A DNA stretch of 64,000 nt from Gemmatimonas sp. GTDB lineage: Bacteria; Gemmatimonadota; Gemmatimonadetes; Gemmatimonadales; Gemmatimonadaceae. The stretch is from positions 800,001 through 864,000 of the forward strand of contig OZ257156.1 in assembly GCA_965279375.1 (NCBI GenBank). Direction: 5' to 3'. A model generated the notes under the pieces. The model searched no databases. It worked only from the letters and a program-made list of their open reading frames with translations, and had not been told where the DNA came from. Every line of letters begins with the position of its first letter. The stretch's first letter is position 1. The translations under genes and the position numbers were made by a program. Below are positions 48,958-58,429 of the stretch, one piece after another.

Positions 48958-49114
48958 GGCGAAGGCTACCCCCGCAGCGGCCGGTGACGACGAGGGCGCG
49001 ACGGTGGAGCGTTTGCGCAGAGGGCCGACCAGGAGCATGGCGTGAAAGTGCAGCAACGGCGCGGAGACTGTCGAGGGCACGCGGGGGTTGGACGCGGAGG
49101 TATCATGTGCAGAC

Positions 49115-50713
49115 ATGCGACGCTTTGCTGCCCTGTACGACGCCATCGACCGCACCACCGCAACGAGCGCAAAGGTTGCGGCGCTGGTGGCGTATCTGCG
49201 CGTGGCTCCGCCCGACGATGCGGCGTGGGCGGTGTCGTTCCTGCTGGGCCGTCGCCCCAAGCGCACGGTGCGCGCGCCCGATGTGAGGCGCTGGGCCGCG
49301 GAGGAGGCCGCCATTCCGGACTGGCTCTTCGAGGAGTGTTACGCCCAGGTGGGGGATCTGGCCGAAACGATCGCGCTGCTGATCCCCGAGTCGGGCGCGG
49401 CGGAGGATCGGCCGTTGCGGTGGTGGGTGGAAACGCAGCTGCTCGCGCTTCCCACGCTCGAACCACAGCAGCAGCGCGACACGCTGGCGGCGGCATGGTC
49501 TGCGCTCGACGGCTCGGCACGCTTCGTCTTCAACAAGCTGCTGACCGGCGCATTTCGTGTGGGCGTTTCCGACGGGCTCGTCGTCCGTGCGCTGGCCGAG
49601 GTCAGTGGCGTGGCCAAGGAGACCATCGCGCACCGGTTGATGGGGCAGTGGGAGCCAAGCCCGGAGTGGTTCACTCAGTTGATCGGCATGGAAACGACCG
49701 ACGCGGACTGGAGCCGACCGTATCCGTTTCTGCTGGCGTATCCGCTGGACGGTGAGCCTGACACGTTGGGCGACATCGCCGAGTGGAGTGCGGAGTGGAA
49801 GTGGGACGGTATTCGCGCACAGCTCGTGCGCCGTCGCGGTCGCACGCTTCTCTGGAGCCGCGGCGAAGAGCTGCTCGCCGGTCGATTTCCTGAAATCGAA
49901 GCTGCCGCGGAGTGGCTGCCCGATGGCACCGTGCTGGACGGCGAGCTGCTGGCATGGCGCGACAATCGGCCGCTGCCGTTCACCGAGCTGCAACGGCGGA
50001 TTAACCGCAAGACAGTGGGCAAGAAGCTGCTGAGCGACGTGCCCTGTCACCTGCTGGTGTACGATTGCCTCGAGGCGGCGGGCGTTGACGTTCGCACCAA
50101 CTCGTTGGAGGATCGGCGGGCAAGTGCGCAGCAGCTGCTCTCCGCGTTACCCGCAGGAGCACCGATCGGTGCGTCTCCCGTGCTCAGCGCGGATTCGTGG
50201 GAGGCGCTGCGCGACGCGCGCACGCAATCGCGCGAGGCGGTCGCCGAAGGGTTGATGCTCAAGCGCCGCGCGTCGACGTACGGCGTCGGACGCAAGGTTG
50301 GCGATTGGTACAAGTGGAAGGTGGCGCCGCTGACGGTTGATGCCGTACTGGTGTACGCGCAGGCGGGGCACGGTCGCCGTGCTGGATTGTTCACCGACTA
50401 CACCTTTGCTGTGTGGGACGGCGACGCGCTGGTGCCCTTTGCCAAGGCCTACTCGGGGCTGTCCGATGCAGAGATTCGCGAGGTGGATCGCTTCGTGAGG
50501 CAGCACACGCTGGAGAAGTTCGGTCCGGTGCGCACGGTGCAACCCGAGTTGGTCTTCGAGCTGGCGTTTGAAGGCATTCAGCTGAGCACTCGGCACAAGA
50601 GTGGCATCGCGGTGCGCTTTCCACGCATCGCTCGCTGGCGCAAGGACAAGCGGGTACGCGAAGCGGACACTCTCACGAGTGTGCGCGCACTGCTGGCGAG
50701 CAACGCTCGATGA
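49115..50713 (+). CDS. ATP-dependent DNA ligase (ligase-associated DNA damage response cluster)
   Basis: EWKWDGIRAQ adenylation motif, VLDGE, EGLMLK, WYKWK, AVRFPRI. Confidence 0.95.
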   Translation: MRRFAALYDAIDRTTATSAKVAALVAYLRVAPPDDAAWAVSFLLGRRPKRTVRAPDVRRWAAEEAAIPDWLFEECYAQVGDLAETIALLIPESGAAEDRPLRWWVETQLLALPTLEPQQQRDTLAAAWSALDGSARFVFNKLLTGAFRVGVSDGLVVRALAEVSGVAKETIAHRLMGQWEPSPEWFTQLIGMETTDADWSRPYPFLLAYPLDGEPDTLGDIAEWSAEWKWDGIRAQLVRRRGRTLLWSRGEELLAGRFPEIEAAAEWLPDGTVLDGELLAWRDNRPLPFTELQRRINRKTVGKKLLSDVPCHLLVYDCLEAAGVDVRTNSLEDRRASAQQLLSALPAGAPIGASPVLSADSWEALRDARTQSREAVAEGLMLKRRASTYGVGRKVGDWYKWKVAPLTVDAVLVYAQAGHGRRAGLFTDYTFAVWDGDALVPFAKAYSGLSDAEIREVDRFVRQHTLEKFGPVRTVQPELVFELAFEGIQLSTRHKSGIAVRFPRIARWRKDKRVREADTLTSVRALLASNAR

Positions 50714-53235
50714 TGACGGCCGAGGAACGCGTGGACGCGTGGTTCACGTCGCGGGGCTGGGCTCCGTTCGCATTTCAGCGCGAGGTGTGGGACGCGCACG
50801 CACGCGGCGAGTCGGGGCTGATTCATGCGGCGACCGGCACCGGCAAGACGTACGCGGCGTGGATGGGCGCCGTGCTCGAATCGATGCGAGAGGAGCCGAA
50901 GGGACGCGTGATGCGACGTCGGGCGGACGCCATGCCGCTGCGCGTGCTGTGGATCACGCCGTTGCGCGCCCTCGCAGCCGACACGGAGCAGGCGCTGCGT
51001 GAGCCCATCGAAGACCTTGGGCTGCGCTGGACGATCGAGTCGCGAACCGGCGATACCTCGCAGGCGAAGCGCGCACGTCAGCGCGAACGCTTGCCCACCG
51101 CGCTCATCACCACGCCGGAGTCGCTGTCGCTGCTGCTTTGTCGTAAAGACAGCGCGGCGATTTTCTCCGATTTGCGCTGCGTGGTCGTGGACGAGTGGCA
51201 TGAACTCCTGAGCACAAAGCGTGGCGCGCAGGTGGAACTCGCACTCGCGCGTCTTCGCACGCTGTGCCCGGCGCTGCGCACGTGGGGTGTGTCGGCCACG
51301 CTGGGGAATCTCGATGTTGCCGCCGCGACGCTGCTCGGACTGGATGCCGAGGGCGTGCCACGTGCTCGGCGGCTCGTGCGCGGTGTCGTGCCCAAGGAGG
51401 TGGTGATTGAATCGCTGATCCCCGAGACGATGGAGCGATTCCCGTGGGCCGGTCATCTCAACACCAAGCTGCTCCCCGAGGTGATGCAGCGGCTGTCGCA
51501 GGCGCAGAGCGCGATCGTCTTCACCAACACGCGCTCGCAGTGCGAGATCTGGTTTCAGTCGATCATTGCTGCCGATCCGTCGTGGTTCGAGTTCACGGCG
51601 ATTCACCATGGTTCGCTGTCGCGACAACAGCGGACGTCGGTGGAGGATGGTCTCAAGTCGGGGCGATATCGGGTCGTCATCTCCACGTCGTCGCTCGATC
51701 TCGGCGTGGACTTCACGCCGGTGGACATGGTGATGCAGGTGGGCAGTCCCAAGGGCGTTGCACGGCTGCTGCAACGCGCAGGACGCTCGGGACACTCACC
51801 CGGACGCGTGTCGCGCATCGTCTGCGTGCCCACGCACGCGTTCGAGCTGGTGGAGGTCGCGGCGGCGCGTGCGGCGATCGCCGCGAACGCAATCGAGAGT
51901 CGGGATCCGCTGGATCGGCCGCTGGATCTGTTGGCACAGCATCTCATCACGCTGGCGCTGGGCGGCGGCTTCACGCGTGATGCCGTGCTGGATGAGCTGC
52001 GCACGACGATGGCCTACGCCAAGCTCACGGAGGCGGAGCTCGACTGGACAATCGATTTCATCACGCGGGGCGGTGACGCGCTCAAGGCTTATCCGGAGTA
52101 CGCGCGCGTGCAGTGTGTGGACGGCGTATATCTGGTGACCGATCGCCGCGTCGCGCTGCGGCACGTGCTCAACATCGGCACGATCGTGAGCGATGCAGCG
52201 ATCGCCGTGCGCTATCTGAGTGGCGGCCGACTGGGAACGGTGGAGGAGAGTTTTGTCTCGCGATTGAACGCCGGCGACAAGTTCATCTTTGCCGGCAAGC
52301 CGCTGGAGTTCGTGCGCGTGCGCGAACTGACCGCGTGGGTGCGCAAGGCCAAGGGTACGTCAGGCGCGATTCCGCGCTGGGCCGGCGCGCGCATGCCGCT
52401 CAGCTCAGAACTGTCGCTCGCGGTGCGTACCAAGCTGGAAGAGGCACGCACTGGAGTATTCGATGGACCGGAGATGGTCGCGGTGCGCTCGGTGCTCGCG
52501 TTGCAGGCTGAACGGAGCACGATTCCGCAGATCGACGAGTTGCTGATCGAGCGTTGCGAGACGCGCGATGGACATCATTGCTTTGTGTATCCCTTCGAAG
52601 GCCGTCTCGTGCACGAGGGGCTCGCGGCGCTCTTTGCGTATCGCATGGCCCAGCTCACGCCGGCGTCGTTCGTATTCGCCTGCAACGACTATGGCTTCGA
52701 GCTGGTATCTCCCGAGCGCGCACCGCTGGAGGAGGCGCTGGAGGCAGGATTGCTCTCCACCGCACATCTGCTGCACGACATTCTGCACAGCCTCAACGCC
52801 GCCGAGCTGGCGCGCCGCCAGTTTCGCGAGATCGCGCGCGTGGCCGGACTCGTGTTCTCCGGCTATCCCGGGCAGTCCAAGTCCATGAAGCAGGTGCAGG
52901 CTTCGAGCGGACTGCTGTATGATGTGTTCGTGAAGTATGACCCGGACAACCTGCTCATCCATCAGGCGCAGCGCGAAGTGCTGGAGCGTCAGCTCGAGGC
53001 GAGTCGACTTGGCATGGTGCTCGAGCGCCTCTCGCACAGCGCGGTGCGCGTGATCGACGTGGAACGGCCCACGCCGCTGGCTTTCCCGCTGCTGATCGAC
53101 TTCTCGCGCGGCAAGTTGAGTACTGAAAAGCTGGCCGATCGCGTGCGTCGAATGACGGTGTCCGCCGAGAAGGCCACGCGCGCTGGCGCCACCACGTTTC
53201 GTCGCGCTGCGGTGCATGAGCCTCCGTCGCCATGA
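50710..53235 (+). CDS. Ligase-associated DEXH-box helicase (Lhr-core type)
   Basis: ATGTGKT, TPLRAL, DEWH, SAT, HHGSL, TSSLDLGVD, QRAGRSGH; ATGA overlaps. Confidence 0.95.
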   Translation: MMTAEERVDAWFTSRGWAPFAFQREVWDAHARGESGLIHAATGTGKTYAAWMGAVLESMREEPKGRVMRRRADAMPLRVLWITPLRALAADTEQALREPIEDLGLRWTIESRTGDTSQAKRARQRERLPTALITTPESLSLLLCRKDSAAIFSDLRCVVVDEWHELLSTKRGAQVELALARLRTLCPALRTWGVSATLGNLDVAAATLLGLDAEGVPRARRLVRGVVPKEVVIESLIPETMERFPWAGHLNTKLLPEVMQRLSQAQSAIVFTNTRSQCEIWFQSIIAADPSWFEFTAIHHGSLSRQQRTSVEDGLKSGRYRVVISTSSLDLGVDFTPVDMVMQVGSPKGVARLLQRAGRSGHSPGRVSRIVCVPTHAFELVEVAAARAAIAANAIESRDPLDRPLDLLAQHLITLALGGGFTRDAVLDELRTTMAYAKLTEAELDWTIDFITRGGDALKAYPEYARVQCVDGVYLVTDRRVALRHVLNIGTIVSDAAIAVRYLSGGRLGTVEESFVSRLNAGDKFIFAGKPLEFVRVRELTAWVRKAKGTSGAIPRWAGARMPLSSELSLAVRTKLEEARTGVFDGPEMVAVRSVLALQAERSTIPQIDELLIERCETRDGHHCFVYPFEGRLVHEGLAALFAYRMAQLTPASFVFACNDYGFELVSPERAPLEEALEAGLLSTAHLLHDILHSLNAAELARRQFREIARVAGLVFSGYPGQSKSMKQVQASSGLLYDVFVKYDPDNLLIHQAQREVLERQLEASRLGMVLERLSHSAVRVIDVERPTPLAFPLLIDFSRGKLSTEKLADRVRRMTVSAEKATRAGATTFRRAAVHEPPSP

Positions 53236-53918
53236 TGTCGCTCGAGATTGCCCTCCAGGGCGAGCGCGTGTTGCTGCTGGCCGATCGCGCACTGTTTCTG
53301 CCCGCGTTCTCGGCGCTGCTCGTCGCGGACCTGCACTGGGGGAAGGCCGCAGCCTTTCGTGCGGCCAACATTCCGATTCCCACAGGCACGACCGCGTCCG
53401 ATCTCGATCGACTGTCACACCTGCTGGCTCACACCCAGGCGCAGCAGCTGATCGTGCTGGGTGATCTGCTGCACGCCAAGGCCGGACGGCACGCCGATAC
53501 ACTCGCCACCATCCAGCAGTGGCGCGAACGACACGCCGACGTGCAGATCCGTCTGGTGCGTGGCAATCACGACACCCACGCGGGCGATCCGCCAGCATCG
53601 CTTGGTATCGAGTGTGTCGATGCGCCGTGGATGCTTGGTCCGTTCGCCTGCGCGCACCACCCCGAGCCGTCGGATGTGGGCTACGTGCTCGCCGGACATC
53701 TGCATCCGCATGTCACTCTTGGTGGACGCGGACGCCAACGCATGCGTCTTCCCTGTTTCGCCTTTGGCGAGCAGGTTGGCATCCTGCCAGCATTCGCCGA
53801 GTTCACCGGAACTGGTGCGTACGTGAATACCGGATCGGACGCACTCTATGCGGCGACGGGGGACGAAGTCATCGCACTCTCCGGTCCAGCACGCTTGCCC
53901 TCCCGCCCGCTTCCCTGA
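53232..53918 (+). CDS. pdeM: Ligase-associated DNA damage response metallophosphoesterase/endonuclease
   Basis: ADLHWGK, LGDLLH, RGNHD, HHP, GHLHP, LPAF; position after the helicase. Confidence 0.9.
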   Translation: MMSLEIALQGERVLLLADRALFLPAFSALLVADLHWGKAAAFRAANIPIPTGTTASDLDRLSHLLAHTQAQQLIVLGDLLHAKAGRHADTLATIQQWRERHADVQIRLVRGNHDTHAGDPPASLGIECVDAPWMLGPFACAHHPEPSDVGYVLAGHLHPHVTLGGRGRQRMRLPCFAFGEQVGILPAFAEFTGTGAYVNTGSDALYAATGDEVIALSGPARLPSRPLP

Positions 53919-53929
53919 CAGCATCAGCC

Positions 53930-54916
53930 ATGCAAACACGTCTCGGATTCACACTCATGTCCCTCGCCGAGTTCGAGGGGTGGATCGCGCAGCGACAGCT
54001 GGCGCGCACGGTGCTCACGCTGCAGCAGCATCACACGTGGTCTCCGTCGTACGGAAGCTTCAACGGGCGCAACCACTTCGAGTTGCAGTCCGGCATGAAG
54101 CACCATCACGTGGTCAACAACGGCTGGGCGGATATCGGCCAGCACTTCACGACGTTCCCTGACGGCTCGATCATGACAGGCCGCTCGCTCGAGCAATCGC
54201 CGGCGTGCATCCTTGGCAACAACGCCAACGCGATCTGCATCGAGCACTTGGGGAACTTCGACAGCGGCAAGGATGCCATGTCCCCCGCGCATCGCGCGAC
54301 GATCATCGCGATGACTGCGGCGATCTGTCGGCGCTACGCGATCCCGGTGAACACCGACAAGGTGGTTTACCACCACTGGTTTGATCTCAGGACCGGCGCG
54401 CGCACCAATGGCAGCGGCACCACCAAGACATTCCCGGGGACCGCATTCTTCGGTGGCAACGCCGTGGACAATGCGCAGCGTTCCTTCCTGCCACTCGTAC
54501 GTCGTGCGATGGGTGGCGCGGATGCCGCAGTGCCACCCGCGTCGCCTCTTGGCATGCGCTACGGGGCCGTGCTGGCGGATAAGCTCAACGTTCGCGCCGA
54601 CGCAGCGGGCAACGCCAGCAAGATCAACACGGTCACACTCGGCAGCATTCTCCGCATTCACGACGAACGCGATGGCTGGTATCGCATCTCGTCATCGCAG
54701 CAGGAGTGGGTGGCCGCACGTCTCGTGCAGCTCGTGGAGCGCGCCACCGTGAACACCGAGGCGCTGAACGTGCGGAACGGTCCGGCAAAGACGTTCGACA
54801 AGCTCGCTGCACTCGCCCGCAAGCAGGAAGTGTTCGTTCACGAGCGTAAGGACGGCTGGTGCCGCATCGGGCTCGAACAGCGGTGGGTATCCGAGTCTCT
54901 CCTCACACTTGGTTAG
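53930..54916 (+). CDS. N-acetylmuramoyl-L-alanine amidase (Amidase_2-like) with two SH3b domains
   Basis: ATG 53930; QQHHTW, GWADIGQHF, TGRSL, IEHLGNFD, YHHWF; KTFPG in place of the usual KxCPG; two LNVR...GW.RI...WV repeats. Confidence 0.85.
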   Translation: MQTRLGFTLMSLAEFEGWIAQRQLARTVLTLQQHHTWSPSYGSFNGRNHFELQSGMKHHHVVNNGWADIGQHFTTFPDGSIMTGRSLEQSPACILGNNANAICIEHLGNFDSGKDAMSPAHRATIIAMTAAICRRYAIPVNTDKVVYHHWFDLRTGARTNGSGTTKTFPGTAFFGGNAVDNAQRSFLPLVRRAMGGADAAVPPASPLGMRYGAVLADKLNVRADAAGNASKINTVTLGSILRIHDERDGWYRISSSQQEWVAARLVQLVERATVNTEALNVRNGPAKTFDKLAALARKQEVFVHERKDGWCRIGLEQRWVSESLLTLG

Positions 54917-54922
54917 ACGCGC

Positions 54923-55315
54923 ATGATCCACATCGAGCACATCGCCGTCTGGTCTGACGATATCGATCGGCTGGCCGCGTTCTACGCCTCGTTCTTCGGC
55001 GCGGTCGTCGGTGATCGCTACGTGAACGCGCAGAAGGGATTCGCGTCGCGCTTTCTCCGCTTTGCCACGGGAGCGCGACTGGAACTCATGTCCTCCACGC
55101 AGCTTGCGCCGGTCGTGCACGAGCGCGGCGCGCAGCGGATGGGGCTCACACACTTCGCCGTATCCGTTGGCTCGGCCGCGGCGGTGAACGCGCTGACAGA
55201 GCGCGTCGTCGTCGCCGGCCACGAGTGCGTGGATGGTCCGCGCTGGACCGGCGACGGCTACTACGAGAGCGTTGTACTCGATCCCGACGGCAACCGCGTC
55301 GAGATCACGATCTAG
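54923..55315 (+). CDS. VOC/glyoxalase family protein
   Basis: IEHIAVW, LELM, GLTHFAVSVGS, GDGYYESVVLDPDGNRVEIT. Confidence 0.92.
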   Translation: MIHIEHIAVWSDDIDRLAAFYASFFGAVVGDRYVNAQKGFASRFLRFATGARLELMSSTQLAPVVHERGAQRMGLTHFAVSVGSAAAVNALTERVVVAGHECVDGPRWTGDGYYESVVLDPDGNRVEITI

Positions 55316-55339
55316 ACATCACGATCTAGAGATCACGAT
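55301..55339. repeat. 14-bp tandem repeat, ~3 copies
   Basis: GAGATCACGATCTA GACATCACGATCTA GAGATCACGAT. Confidence 0.75.
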
Positions 55340-55355
55340 TCAGGTCGATGCGCCG

Positions 55356-57101
55356 TTAGGGAAACAGCGGCGGCGGGATGCGCTTCCTGGTGGCCTGCTC
55401 GAACGCATAGGCCAACGCAACCAACGTGGGTTCGCCGCATGCCGACGCGGTGAAGCTCACGCCGAATGGTGCTGGCCGAGGCGTGAAGCCAGCAGGGAAC
55501 GCCTGCGTGCCCTGTCCCTGCGGTACGGGCAACAATGCGTACGGTACCGTGATGGTGGGATAGCCCGGGCGTGCGCCGATGTTGGCGCTGTTCGCACCAG
55601 GAAAGAGCAGTGCATCGAGCTTGTGCGTCTTCATCGCGGCGTCGATGCCGTTGGTGGCCGACAGCAGAATATCCTTGCGCCGATCCGCTTCGTAGCGCGA
55701 GCGATCCGCCTGCACGTCCATCTCGTCGGAGATGTCGAGCAACGCCTGCCCGTACTTGATCGCGCCGGCACGCTGATGCGCGATGTTCCACATGCGAAGC
55801 CCCGTGAGCGTTGGCACCGGCGCCTTGTCGCCAAGCAGTTTGAGCCACGTGTTGAAGTCACGCTTCATGCCGTACTTGAACGCGATCGAGCAATCCGCGT
55901 CGCGCCCCTTCGCCTGATCCAGGCCGCTGCACGGGTTCCAGTTGAGGAAGTTGTTGGCCGGATTGGGTTCGATCACGCTCGGAATGTCTGCGGGATCGAC
56001 GATCACCGCGCCGTGCGCCTTGAGCGTGGCGATCACGTCGTCCATCGCCGACTTCTGTGCCACGTTCAGTCCACCACGCGGTGTGTTGCTGCCGCCGGCG
56101 GGCGGAACGGTTGGCTCGTAGAAGAACGCGCGGGGAATGCCGATGCGTGCGCCCTTGAGCCGCGTGGTATCGAGAAATGCGGTGTAGTCGTTGCGCGCGG
56201 GAGGCGTGCACACTTTGCTTGCCGCGTCGTTGGCGTCCGGCGAGGTGCCTTCGAGCGCGCCAAGCATGATCGCCGCATCGCGTACGGTGCGCGTCATCGG
56301 ACCCGGCGTATCCTGATCGGCCGTGATGGGGATGACGCCGTAGCGGCTCACTCGGCCGACGGTCGGCTTGATGCCGACGAGGAAGTTCTGTTGTGCAGGG
56401 CTCAGGATGGAGCCTGACGTTTCCGTGCCGACGTTGCCGGCCCAGAAGCTGACGTTGGTGCCGACACCGGAACTCGAGCCACCCGTGCCAAGTACCGGCC
56501 GTCCGTCGAAGTTCGCGTCACGTGGGTCGCGACGAGGATCCCACGGATTCATGCCGTAGCCCGTCAGGCCGGTGTAGTTCCCGGGCATGCCCGTCGCGGT
56601 CCAGTTGGCGAGCTCCGTGAGCTGCGTCTTGGCGAGAATGATCGCGCCTGCCGCCTTGAGGTTACGCGTGAGTGTGGCGTCGTAGTTGGGCACGAGATCG
56701 GCGAACGCGAGCGCGCCGCCGGTCGTAGTCATCTCGATCGTCTGGATGTTGTCCTTGAGCGCGATGGGGATGCCATGCAACGGTCCGCGGATCTTGCCCG
56801 CCGCGCGTTCGCGATCGAGCGAATCGGCGATGGCGAGCGCATTCGGGTTGATCGTGATGACCGCGTTGAGCTTGTCTTCGTACGTCGCGATACGCGCGAG
56901 GTACTGCTGAACGATCTCTCGCGACGTGATGCGTTTTTGCTCGAGCGCAGTGCGCAAGTCGGCAAGGCTGGTCTCGTGCACCGAGAGCGGCGCAACTGGC
57001 GCACGTCGCTGGGCGTGCACCGGAACAGCGGCGAGCGCGCTGGCAGAGAGTACAGCAGCCGTGGTCGCGACGTACAGGCGCGTGGCGTGGGTCATGCGCA
57101 T
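55356..57101 (-). CDS. Amidase signature family protein (secreted)
   Basis: LHGIPIALKDN, GGSSSG, GTETSGSILSP, GIKPTVG; signal peptide. Confidence 0.93.
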   Translation of the reverse strand: MRMTHATRLYVATTAAVLSASALAAVPVHAQRRAPVAPLSVHETSLADLRTALEQKRITSREIVQQYLARIATYEDKLNAVITINPNALAIADSLDRERAAGKIRGPLHGIPIALKDNIQTIEMTTTGGALAFADLVPNYDATLTRNLKAAGAIILAKTQLTELANWTATGMPGNYTGLTGYGMNPWDPRRDPRDANFDGRPVLGTGGSSSGVGTNVSFWAGNVGTETSGSILSPAQQNFLVGIKPTVGRVSRYGVIPITADQDTPGPMTRTVRDAAIMLGALEGTSPDANDAASKVCTPPARNDYTAFLDTTRLKGARIGIPRAFFYEPTVPPAGGSNTPRGGLNVAQKSAMDDVIATLKAHGAVIVDPADIPSVIEPNPANNFLNWNPCSGLDQAKGRDADCSIAFKYGMKRDFNTWLKLLGDKAPVPTLTGLRMWNIAHQRAGAIKYGQALLDISDEMDVQADRSRYEADRRKDILLSATNGIDAAMKTHKLDALLFPGANSANIGARPGYPTITVPYALLPVPQGQGTQAFPAGFTPRPAPFGVSFTASACGEPTLVALAYAFEQATRKRIPPPLFP

Positions 57102-57147
57102 GGAGAGAATGGACTCGAGGTATGCGACTGAGGACGGTGCGAGCGTG

Positions 57148-57197
57148 GAGCTACTGCGAGATACTGCGAGTTACTAAGAGTTACTGCGAGTTACTGC
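57148..57197. repeat. 10-bp tandem repeat, 5 copies
   Basis: GAGCTACTGC GAGATACTGC GAGTTACTAA GAGTTACTGC GAGTTACTGC. Confidence 0.85.
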
Positions 57198-58420
57198 GCC
57201 GGGTGACTGAAGACGGCACCATGCGGAATTCCGGCACCGCTGCCGCCATGCGGCCACGTGGTGTTCTCCATACGGATGCCGGGCTCGCTGCTGCCCGCCC
57301 CGCGAAAACGATCATCGAGCGTGAGCTTGCCCGTCTTGATGTCGAAGCGTGCCATCAGCACTCGTGTCTTCATCGCCTGATAGCCCGTGATGACCACACG
57401 CTGCTGATTCGGCTCCATACCAATCCAATGCGGTACGTCGTCCTTGCCCAGCGTGATACGCGAGACTTCGCGTGGATGGGTGGGATCGGTGATGTCGAGA
57501 CTCACCACCGCGCTCCACGCGGGCACCGTGATGAGGTAGTAGTTGCCCGAGACAATGGGTACCGCGCATGATGTCCCCGCCTTCTGCGGAAACGAGGCAA
57601 CCATGCGCGCCGACGGCGTCTTGCTGGTCAGTCCGTCCAGCAAGTACAAACCGCAGTTGAACGTCGAAACCAAGACCGTCTTGCCGTCACTCAGCACGCG
57701 TGGCTCGGCGCTCACGTACCCTTCGCCGTGTGGCCCGTTGGGCAGCTCGATCTTTGCCTGCAACGAGAGGTCAGACAAACGCCAGATTTGCACATTTCGT
57801 GTTGAATCGCCGTGGTCCATGTTCGTCGTCGTCACGACCACGCGATCCATGTTGGCGAGAATCGCTGCGGAGTACGGACGCTCACGACGGTCCACCGCTG
57901 CAATGTTCGCCGATGCGCTGCGCACCACGCGTCCGGCCGGCGTCAGCTCAGCGAGCCCACCGGGTGCCGTCCCCTTGTCGTCGTGCTGCATCTGCAGCGT
58001 CGTCAATACGTTGCCGTTGGGCAGACGCCAGAAGCTGTGCGGATGCATCATCCCTGCGACCGCATCGAACTGCCCATCGAGCTTGGGCGCGCGCGGATTG
58101 CGCAGATCGAAGATGTACGATTTGCCCGACTGGAAGCCGTTCGCGAACAGTCGGCTGTCCGACGCGAGCGTGTGCTCGGTGTGATGCGTACCCGTTCCAG
58201 TGCCAGGTACCGGCACGGTGGTGACGAGTGCGCCATAACGATCGGCTGCGGGGTTCTCGCGCACATCGTACACAGCGAGAAAGTCCGGACCACTCTTGTC
58301 GGCCGATGCGGTCCAGAGATACAGATACTCGCTCGGCTTCGCGGCGCGTGGCGCTGTGACGAACGGCGACGGGAGCAACGACGCAGCAGCGATTGCGATG
58401 GCGAAGAATCGGTTGGTCAT
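57191..58420 (-). CDS. Secreted selenium-binding-protein (SBP56)/methanethiol-oxidase-like beta-propeller
   Basis: DFLAVYDV..YG, HHTEH, PHSF.RLPNGNVL, PHWI, WPHG..PHGAVF; signal peptide. Confidence 0.65.
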   Translation of the reverse strand: MTNRFFAIAIAAASLLPSPFVTAPRAAKPSEYLYLWTASADKSGPDFLAVYDVRENPAADRYGALVTTVPVPGTGTGTHHTEHTLASDSRLFANGFQSGKSYIFDLRNPRAPKLDGQFDAVAGMMHPHSFWRLPNGNVLTTLQMQHDDKGTAPGGLAELTPAGRVVRSASANIAAVDRRERPYSAAILANMDRVVVTTTNMDHGDSTRNVQIWRLSDLSLQAKIELPNGPHGEGYVSAEPRVLSDGKTVLVSTFNCGLYLLDGLTSKTPSARMVASFPQKAGTSCAVPIVSGNYYLITVPAWSAVVSLDITDPTHPREVSRITLGKDDVPHWIGMEPNQQRVVITGYQAMKTRVLMARFDIKTGKLTLDDRFRGAGSSEPGIRMENTTWPHGGSGAGIPHGAVFSHPAQ

Positions 58421-58429
58421 CGCGCGACG

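Noticed and set aside
57148..57197. Possible CRISPR array
   Set aside because: 10-bp contiguous units without spacers; no cas genes in the window, so the CHAT protein is not called CRISPR-associated
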